Positions 54,601 through 64,000 of a stretch of 64,000 nt of DNA are shown in pieces (position 1 is the stretch's first letter; the number at the start of each line of letters is the position of its first letter). The stretch covers positions 1-64,000 of the forward strand of contig JADIIX010000097.1 in assembly GCA_027604505.1 (NCBI GenBank), in the 5' to 3' direction. The position numbers and the translations under genes were made by a program. The DNA is from Gonapodya sp. JEL0774. Lineage: Eukaryota. Below the pieces are notes generated by a model. The model ran no database searches. It was given only the letters and a program-made list of their open reading frames with translations, and was not told the origin of the DNA.

Positions 54601-54932
54601 ACCTCGTTGCTATGATACTCACGATCACCTTCTGCCTTTCGAAAAATGTCCACTAGATATAAATCTTCCTCCAGCATTCTTATTTCTTCCCGGGTCACGT
54701 CGGGATCCTCCACCACGTCTCCGTCGGTCTTGAGGTACATGTGATCCCCAAATACTCCGCGCCACCAGCGAGGTGGCACGTGGGCTGACAAATCTGAAAC
54801 ACGACCGTGACAAACGGGGTGAGCAATTGGGGCTGGAGGTGTGGTGGATAGCGTCTTCGAGCGCGGGGAGCGAGATGGCGGCGTGAAAGAGGGTCGAGAT
54901 GGTGTCGGTGGGTCCTGGTTTGGCACAAACAT
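51677..54932 (-). CDS. Fusion of a class I SAM-dependent methyltransferase and a D-Ala-D-Ala-ligase-like ATP-grasp domain, about 4 exons
   Basis: N-terminal WWRGVFGDHMYLKTDGDVVED, RVLDLCCGQGRH, MGNSFGY. C-terminal NLCDEGF, EIPYTGAG, CYDK, FVKPVKGDNSLGI, VQEYLQGTEY, YARFDFR, LLEVNPNPGWCWDGKL. Confidence 0.85.
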
Positions 54933-56319
54933 GATTTGTGTTTGTAAAGTGCGGTGGAATTCTATCGTGTGAGTGGAAAGGTGTTGAATGTGGTAGATTC
55001 AAGAAAAACGGAGCGTGCCGGAGGCGGTGGAAGGAGTTTGGAGAAGCTCTGACAAAAACCAAGTCACTAGCTAGCAAATGAATCTTGGTACGGTAAAACC
55101 CTCATACGGTTGGTGTTGGGAACAGTGTTCTGTGGACAGTCACCCACGGCATCGTAACGAGGCGAGAGTCCAGAAGGAAACCGGTGATTGAGGGTTATCA
55201 CTAGACAAAAAAACATTGCTCACACTCAGTTGTCAGAGCAAGAGCACACCGGAGATCTTCTGTGGGGCCTCAAGTTCCCCGAAATAGGTGTTGTTGGGGG
55301 TTTGGGGTACTACTTCAGGCCCGTATTGACAGTAGAAGTCTCGGAAACACAGAATCCAGTCCTTCTGTAATAGATAATTGACGATAGACGGAAATCAGTG
55401 AAGATTACCGGGTGAATGGCTCAAATTTGACGAGGGATCATGATGATGAACAAGCTCGGCACAACGGCCACCTGGGTTACAACCACATGAGGCTGTCAAG
55501 AAGTCCTCCAGAATGTGACCCATAAATAGAGCATTGGCGAGATGCCGCCGCCGTTTCTTATGTCATCCTTGCTCCGACAAGGTGGAAGCGCCGGCGCTGG
55601 TCAAACGCTATCGGCTGATTTCATTATTCCTGTCGTTTTCTATTGTCACACTCACGTTGGTTTGTTTTGTGTCCCGGAACCGCGCGGGTGGTCGGACGAG
55701 CTGTACGATTTTGAAAGATTTCGGCGTCGGTGCTTGGGAATTGTCATAAATCCGTGGTGTAGTGCACATGCTGGTGACTCCACCCACCACTCAATATTGC
55801 CATAATGGGAAGGGATAGGCGGGCGCTCTATTTTCATCCTTTATTGATTCCATTATCAACAAATAAGACGACATCACATCAATTGGCTCAGCGTGGGCAT
55901 CAACTCAGTCTGGCGATGACCTTTCTTGAGGAAATAGACAAAGAACGTTTCCTTTGACTGGGCCGTCTATACAAACAGACGACTTACATTTTTAGTTGGA
56001 TTTCTGAACGGAGATGACAGCGATCTCTAGGTGATAATCACAATCTTGTGTCAATGACTCGGGACGACCAACGTGCATCTGAGATTGCGAAGGCGGTGTG
56101 AAGGTGTGTTGGCCGTCGACTGGGCGAATCAACAAAATTAGTTGGAGTGTTCATGAACGCTCCAGTTGATCGGATGCCTATTATGGCAAATGCAGTACTG
56201 CAATATTCTCCTGACATGCGTGAAATGACATCAGGAGAATGCGGGTCACACTCCGAAATTCACGTTCATCCGTGCACACTCCAGTTTCACAACGGACCTA
56301 CTCGTCGTCGTTAACGAAA

Positions 56320-57787
56320 ATGCTGTCCACTTCACCGGACTCCTCTTACAGCACTCTCGCGGCGAACGAGTCGGGCTCGGAGTACCAATGGACTTTCATT
56401 ACCCCGCCAGGAACTCCACCCAAAATCTCGCAGGCGTCACCCCCGGCACCCAGTCGCTCTCGGTCTCCCCGCAATTTTGCAGACGAAGCAGCCCCCTTTG
56501 ATCTTTTCAGCTCACTTGACCAGTTTCCGCAATTTGCTGTGATGATCCAGGGGGATGAAACTTCCAACTTCCCTTACCCTGCGATCACACACCCAGACGT
56601 CCAGGCAAACCCTCTAGGGGGGTCGTCGCCGCTGCACTCATCACTGGGTTCTCGTGCTTCGCCATCCAAGGAGCAGGGGAGCGAAGTATTTGTAAGTTCT
56701 TCCATGCAGCCGGGACACGTCATTCCTCCAAATACCTTTCTACTCTTGACAAAATGTACCAGGATCAATGGCCCTTCCCTCAATCATATTTGAGCAACAA
56801 CAACTTTGGATCTCAACCTTTTATTCCTGACGAAGCTATGATTCAATCTGCGCTGAACCACGGGCCGGAATCGTTCCAATTTCCTTTAAACTTTCCGAAC
56901 CTCGGAATCACCCCAGCACTGGAAATGTCTTCATTTGGCAATTATCCGCTACGCACTCCTCATGATGCGGTGATTGATTATTCGGCTGTCAGCTTGCACG
57001 AACCTACGAACGATCACCATCCCCGAACATCCATGGCTGCCGATCGCCCCAACACAAATAGAAGAAATACTTTTCCTCTGCAAATATCTCAAAATCAGAC
57101 TGGTCCGCCAGAATTGGAGAAACGGATTCCTAACTTTGAGCACGACGGAACAACGACCGATCCAGCACGGCAAGAAATTCCGCTCCGCCCACCGCTAAAG
57201 CGCGCCTCTGCATCCTATGTGGAACCCACTAGTCCTTCTCTTAGCCATGTCGGAGTTGGGGCCACGGTGTTGGAACCAGCCATGCGCAAGGTCCTGGGGA
57301 GATCAAAGTCACTGAAATTGGATGATATCCAAGATGATTCAACGCGAGCCCAGGTAGGTACGATGTTCGATTTTGCGAGACGAAATTGCAAGTCGACAGA
57401 CATTTTCGGACCAACCTCTTGGGGTTCCAGATCACCAGCGAAATCATTCGACGTCGCGAGATGGTGAGGATTACTCGTTTGTATCGTCGCAACATCATAA
57501 CTGCCAGAGCTGTACCTTTCCTACATCAGAACACACAAGCTGCTCGACGTTCCAGAGCTAAGAGAGTGATCCGCGTTCACGAACTCGAAGAAGTCGTTGA
57601 GCGACTGAGACAAGAAAACTCGATGCTTCGCAGCCGCTTAGCGCTATATGGGGACGATTTGGACATGGATACCGTGATTACCTGTGTGGGCACATCCCCA
57701 TCCGCAGCAAGCGGCGTTACCGACCCAATAAGCGGGTCCAACAGGCGGTTGAGGGGGTCTGATCTGTCACACGGAGAGGAGGAATGA
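56320..57787 (+). CDS. bZIP transcription factor, GCN4/CpcA-like basic region, 4 exons
   Basis: Spliced C-terminus RRREMNTQAARRSRAKRVIRVHELEEVVERLRQENSMLRSRL (NxxAAxxSR plus leucine zipper); Ser/Pro/Phe-rich N-terminal region. Confidence 0.8.
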
Positions 57788-58005
57788 GAAAATGAGTGCA
57801 ATTTTGCTAATTTTACAGTTTTGAGTTTGAGAGAAGTGCATATAATGATAATGCAAGTCAGAAGCAGTTGATCTGTTTTCTTTGTTCTTGGTAACAAATC
57901 GTCACGTTCTGAATAATAGCATTGCACCAATTCATACATCAAGTTACAATTCTCTCCTCAACAAAAATCAAAAGTAGTGTGAGAATGCAGTCTCGAACGT
58001 CCCAA

Positions 58006-61000
58006 CTAATCTTCTTCATCAGAGTCCGGGCCTTGCTTCTTCATGAGGGCGGACGTATCTGGTCCCGCCTGCTGCATCTCCCTGGCCCGTTCCTTCCCCT
58101 TCTTCTTTTTCTCCTTCTTTGGCTTGCTTTTGCCCTTATCTTTGCGTTTGCGTCCACTTTCTGGGTCTTCCGTTTCGGAATCGGCGGCCTGGCGGCTGAT
58201 GATCCGGCCAGATTGATCATAGACGTAGCCGATTTCGTCGTCATCGGAGTCAGCAGCTGGATAATTTGCGAAAAATGAGCGAAAAGGAGATAAAGGGAGC
58301 AAGGTGAGAATTTTGAACAGGATCGAGAGCCACGGGACGAATACCGACATTCCTCATCATTCTTCGCTTTCCTTCTTCGGTAGATAACCACACCAAGAAC
58401 GGTCAGCAGAGTTGCAGCTATGACGGACGGTATACCTATCAAGGGAGTCGAGGTCAACATTGTTCGATTTCCCTACAAATCAATTATGCATTGCCACTCA
58501 CCAGCAATCAACGCCATCTGCCAAGGCGCTATCTCCCCTCCAGTTATCAAACCAGTAGCGCCGCCAAGTCCTCCAACCGCTTCACCCGCGGACGGTGGAT
58601 GTAATATGCCTTGTCTACCAGCGTTGATCACCAACGCCGCATCAATGGGTGCGGGGCCCATCCCATACGCCTCGAGCAGTCTACGTACGTCTGCCTCTGA
58701 AACTGTTCCTGCATTCAGCGCATTGGCAATTGCTGCGGGATTCCAACCCTGGAAAGGTTCAATAGGTGCAATGTCCGGCTGCACCGGGAAGGGGACTGGA
58801 GCTGGTTGAGCGGGCGCAGGTATTGGGGGTACCTGAACGACTGGCACCGCCGGCGCAGGGATTGCCGGAGCAGGGACTGGAGCGGTCTGGAAACTCTGAA
58901 GAATTTGAAGAGCCTCTGAAAGCGGGTTCGAGGGTTGATTATGCTGTCTGAGCATTTGAAATACTTCGTAAGGACTGACGTCACCAGCCCTGATGGTCTC
59001 GGCAATGACTTCGGGGTTCCAATTGTCGAAAGGATTTGCCGTGAGCGGCACCACAGGTGGAGCTACAGGAGGCACAGGCTGTAGCTCGGGAGGAGAGAGA
59101 TGCTGCAAGATATTGAGAGCGTCCGTGAGCTGTTGCGCCGAGCTGCCAGGGTGATACATTTGAATGAGATCGTAGACTAAACGTGGAGTGACGGCGCCGG
59201 ATTCGATGGAGTTGGCAATGGTCACAGCATCAAAACCATTGAATGGCTCCGGACCAAGCTCTATCGGGGGTGTAGACCCCTGGCTGGGACCGGCTTCACT
59301 GGGAAGAGGGTTAGGAAGTTGCCCTCCAGCGCCAGATGCGGGATTGGAGCCGGGAATCCGCACTCGCCCTCCTGAATCGACATACGCCTGGATGAACGTC
59401 TCCAGAGACTCCGGGGGTACGTTCTGGTAGATTTCTGCCGCCGTGTTGAGTACTTGCCATGTTGCGGCTGGTGCACCCAGTCCGCGGAGTGTCGCGAAAG
59501 CCGTCTCCGGGGTGGATGCACCTGCTGCAAACTGTCGTACCAGAGCAGCAACGCTAGCCACATCAACCGAGGCAGGATCGACGTTAGAGTTGAGTGGGGG
59601 CGGCTGCTGTGGAGGTGTTGATCCCACCACCGGAGGCTCGTAGCCAGGTAAAGAAGACAGAAAGGCCTCCACATTGCCAGCGGGGACGTTCTCAATAATA
59701 GTCAGAGCCGTCCGGTAGGCGTTCATCGTGGCTGGACCCGCTCGACCGTTGATGAGCGATTGTTCAAGGCTCTGCGGGGTGAGTTGATTGCCTGTCATGA
59801 GACGAACCATGGACGCGACAGAAGGATCGAATACTGTAGGTAAGGCAGAAGGTATGTTGCCCAGAGGTGCGTTGCCCACTTCCGGAGGAACGTAGCCAGG
59901 TAGAGAAGACAAGAAGCCCTCCACATTGCCGGCCGGAACACTCTCGACAATTGCGAGCGCCGTCTGGTAGGCGTTCATTGTGACGGGGCCAGCGTTACCC
60001 GTCTGAAGAGATTGATAAAGGTCGAGGGGGTTGATCTGACCAGCTGCCATAAGACGAGCCATAGATGCAACAGTGGGGTCGAAGGCTGAAGGTAAAGGAG
60101 AGCGCGAAAGAGAATCTTGAGGGCTAGTTGGCCCAGACGAGCCTGCTTCGGCAGCATTGTATAAGTTCAAATACGCCTCCAATTCTTGAGGGGGAACAGT
60201 GCCCGCGATTCGGGAAGCCTCTCGGAGGTTGGCGTATGCCCATTGTGGAGCGTTGGCGTTACCCAGGATCTGAGTAAGTTGTGCAGCGGTAAGAGACTGT
60301 GAAGAGATTGCGCGGGCCATAGTGGGAACGGAAAAGGCGGTGGACCAGGAGGACCCTGGAGGAATATCCAGAGGGGATGGGGGATCATTGAATGTGACGG
60401 GCCCCTCCTGCAGAATCCGCATCGCACGGTTAAGAGGAGTGTAGTCGCCACCGTTCAAAGCGTCCAGGGCGTTTCGAACCCGCTCAGGGTTGGTGGCTCC
60501 GGACGCAAGTTCCTGACTGATAACGGTGGGGTTGAAATTGTCGTAGGGCAAAAAAGAGGAACCCTCTGAACCCTCAATCGGTGGTGGGAGAGGTAGAGCC
60601 TGCGCTCCTCCGAAAATTCCGGTAGCAATCTCGAGTGGCGTCAAGTCTCCACCGTTGAGACTCCGGAGAAGATCAGCAACCTGACTTGGTGTTGTAGCGC
60701 CCTGATTGAGGGCCTCCCTGATTTGGATCGGATTAAAATCATCGAAAGGAAGGTGATCGACAGGTGCTGGATTGGGTTGAGAATACTGTGGGGTGTCGGT
60801 TGGGAACAAATTGAACGTGAATGTTGGTGGTGGACAACACGAAAATCCGACGGGCCATGGGGACCAGGAAATCAATAGGGGGATTCGTCACAGAATGGAG
60901 ATATGTTGTCAGTGGAAATCAAACGAGCAACCGTGAAAAGCTCTACCCCTGGGAAGAAATATCTGTGGGGAGAATTTGTCACCTCTCACCTTCCACGTTC

Positions 61001-61244
61001 CAGTTGCAGAGTCAAACTAATTGCAAGGCATAACAAGCGGCAGGCATTGGCAATCAATTGAAATCCGTTCGTTTGGTGTTGTGTAGTCCCAAGGTAATGT
61101 GGTTTGAAAAGGAGCAGGGGAACAGAGTCGACAGAGAACCAGTGTTAACTCGTCCACAACAGAGCAAGAGCAATCGAGCCTTGAGCTCGAACTCACAAAA
61201 GGCGCGGGATTGGGCGCTCCAGCATATGGGTAGGCACCAGACAT
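58006..61244 (-). CDS. Single-pass membrane protein with nine internal repeats of two types; 5' end unresolved
   Basis: An 800-codon exon of repeats spliced to TM segment WQMALIAGIPSVIAATLLTVLGVVIY followed by RRRKAK, then an acidic/Lys-rich tail. Confidence 0.75.
59625..60105 (-). repeat. Recent intragenic tandem duplication (two copies of about 240 bp)
   Basis: Near-identical peptides FDP.VASM.RLM...AGP.TMNAY.TAL.I.E.VPAGNVE.FLSSLPGY.PP.VG, with DNA-level identity (e.g. gtagccaggt.. and cctccacattgcc in both copies). Confidence 0.85.
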
Positions 61245-62371
61245 GTCGGAGTATCCGGATACGCTATGACGCACTTTCACACGATGAGACGAAGCCCCAG
61301 AAAACTTTCACTGATTCTTCTTCCACTGGTTGCTACCGGAAACCGTTTCGCGGTTTCTGAGCTGTGGGGGGAAGAAGTGCTGGGGCTGGACGGGAACCGT
61401 TGCTTTCATTTTTAGCACACAGCCACCTTTTGGGCGGTGTGATAGCCAGATACACTCCACATATATTATTCTGGCAAGTAGCTTGATCACAGGAAATTCT
61501 CGTCATGCATCTTCCGAAAACATAGAACGAACGCCTTTTCTCTTCCGAAGATATTGTTCAATAAACACTACCTTGCCTTCCATACAGGTCAAGGATTTCA
61601 AAGAATCACTGATACTATCTTTCTCTCCGGCTTCAGGTGCTGCCATGAACCCAAAGCGTTGTCACGACAATGCAACTCTATGTCTCGTATTAGGTTGGAG
61701 AGCAGTAGTGTGGTATTTTCTGCTGAAATGTATATGGTCTCTTTACTCGGCAGGCTCATATTGCACCACGATGGCGCGGACTTAAAACAGCTCCTTGATG
61801 GTGCGTAGTGGCTCCGTTTGTCACTGCTTAGTTGGCACTATGTAATGTGGATTGTGCAGTTTGTTATTCTCATTGCACCAAAATAGTCCTCCGAACTCTC
61901 CGTACGCCAAAATTTAAGCTTATTGATGTAAGGTACATGTGGGAATTTGATTGTCGTTCCAGCCTTGAGTTGAAGTGTTGAAAGATGGCCTGTAATATAT
62001 TTGTAATACAGTTCTGAACAAGATGCCTGCTACTAATGGCGATATCGGTTTGCAGAAGCGCTCACTAATATTATGCTATGTAGCACAGCTTTTTCTATCA
62101 CTGTACAAACCATCACGGCGCGCAGTCATTTTGGTGGGATGGGGTCACATCCGGCGGCGTTGTTCGCGAGCCGGCTAAAAATTGCAGGTGAGATAGGGAC
62201 CTGCGTACCTTCAATCCTCATTATTCCAGGAACAACTGCGTTTGTTAAAAGCTCAACCCGGACCGCAAAGAACCCCCTATTTAAACCAATCGACTGTCGG
62301 TCGAGCTTCCTTACATTACCAGTGCTTGCCCGCCTGTCCGGTCGAGCTTCTATCGGCCGCCAACGTCCTCA

Positions 62372-64000
62372 ATGTTCTCGCCAATCATCGCCCGGGCCAC
62401 TGCCACGTCTCTCAGTCTCTACATCATCGCCCTCGCCCTGCTATCGTCGTCTGCTCTTGCGGGCCGGTTCTGCTCTCCAAGTGATCCCACTCTTTGCGTG
62501 CAGGCTCAGGATGCCGGGAACGGGGTGGCAAGGATAACTCTGACTTGGACTCAAGCGAACGTTGGGTGAGCACAGTTGGAGTGGTGATGTTCTTTTCTTC
62601 CTCCGATTGCCTCGGAGGGGAATGACTGGACATGATTCCGATTCGGGCGACGGGTGATTAGTCATGTAATGGCTGACTTGGTGGTTTTCAGATGGGCCGC
62701 CTTTGGAATTGCACCGCAAGCTCAAATGCCGGGATGTGATATTTTCCTGGCCTGGCCTTCTGGCTCCAACATAATCATCTCGGACCGGATGGCTGTCGCT
62801 CGGCTGGCACCTTCAGCCGATGCCTCGCAGGACATCACACTGGGTGCGGGAAGCTCCGCCACGGCTGGGAACTTCACTGTAGTTTTCTTGAGGAAGTATA
62901 ACACTGGAGACTCGAGTGATAACCAACTTCGGAATGGCACCCAGACCTACGCGCTGTGAGTAACGGTGGGGTGAATTTTAGTGACTCCGTACCCGAATGA
63001 AAGCCCCCTCGAACGCAGCGCCTACAAAATCGGAGCTTCTCCTGGTTCTTCATCCACTGTGACCCTTCAACAGCACGACGCCGCTGACATCATCTCCGCC
63101 AACCTCATCGACTTCACCCCATCTACGGAGGCCGCCGCCCCCGCGACGGCTACGGGCCCCGCCGGAGCCACATCTACTGCTACCTCAGGCGGGTGAGTAA
63201 TCACTACGTGGATAAAATCGATGCATTCCTATGTATCCTGTTCTCTGCTCAACTGTGCTTCCGTACTCAATTCAGAGATCGGGCCCCCCCCTCCTCGAAT
63301 GGTGCAGCTTCGTCGGCGGCAGTAAGCGCCGAACAGCTGGATCCTTATAACAATTACTTGAAAGCGCACGGTTCTCTCATGTTCATCGCTTACGGCGTAC
63401 GTGTGTCACTTTTGATTGCCGACAACCGCCATTCTCACGCGTCTCTGACAAACCAAAATTGTGTCGTTGATGTGCAAATCAGGTTCTCGCCCCCTTCGCG
63501 GTAGCGCTCGCTTTCTACTCTCGTGGCAAGCCGTATTTCAAACTGCACTGGTACATCATGTATGTTTCGGTGCTTTGTGCCATGGCGGGTTTCGCCATGG
63601 CAGTTTACTGGACGCACATGTCGCTTGGTGCGGAGAATCACTTCAAATTGGCGAAGGAGCACACCGTCACTGGTTTGGTCATTGTTTTGGTGAGTTTTGA
63701 GAGTTCAGGGGCGGAGTGAAGTGCGTGACCACACCAAAACGTCCGCTGCAATCAAGGTGACGGTGGTTCAAGCAACTCTTGGCTATGTGATCCACGCCAT
63801 GGGTTATTCGGGTGCTCGCCCGTTGCGGAATTTGGCACACATGTTGCTTGGGGTAAGTACATTTGTGCTGAGGGCGAATTTGAAAGTATGGTCCTTTTAC
63901 AGATCCGCGCCCCCTTTTACTTACCTGTCGATATAGCGCGGATTGTTTCTTCTTGCTATTTGCGTGAGTTTGGTCCCGTAGCATCACTGAATCCACTCAA
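62372..64000 (+). CDS. DOMON plus cytochrome b561 (CYBDOM/ferric-reductase-like) membrane protein, truncated by window end
   Basis: Signal peptide; GWAAFG...QMPGCDIFLAW (DOMON heme Met), QQH; b561 His residues in AHGSLMFIAY, LHWYIM, GAHTVTGLV, LAHMLLG. Confidence 0.85.

Noticed and set aside
63917..63927. TACTTACCTG resembling the U1 snRNA 5' end
   Set aside because: No downstream U1 stem-loop similarity; it lies in an intron of the b561 gene.
1..64000. Selenoprotein-style in-frame TGA readthrough
   Set aside because: Apparent in-frame stops in the recognised genes are explained by introns; no Sec-type alignment position was seen.

Overview
Intron-rich eukaryotic DNA (mostly 50-100 nt GT-AG introns, ctaac/ctgac branch points). 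The gene content suggests an early-diverging, chytrid-like fungus, but this is inference. 1-7.4 kb is decayed repeat territory: a PIF/Harbinger transposase pseudogene split by a 1.62-kb element with 16-bp TIRs and an 8-bp TSD. The rest is gene-dense. In order: a PSO2/SNM1 nuclease; a compact putative nitrogen-scavenging cluster (two divergently transcribed biuret-hydrolase-like cysteine hydrolases, an AzgA-type purine permease with two apparent 2-nt exons, and a ChrR-type cupin, with GATA sites upstream); two tandem YcnI/DUF1775-like secreted proteins; an SRSF10-like SR protein; three hypothetical genes; an alpha/beta hydrolase; MTR10; CCZ1; BRR2; a SAM-methyltransferase/D-Ala-D-Ala-ligase-like fusion; a GCN4-like bZIP; a membrane protein built from two unrecognised repeats; and a DOMON-cytochrome b561 gene running off the end. 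All family calls come from motif recognition by eye. Exon boundaries were inferred manually.
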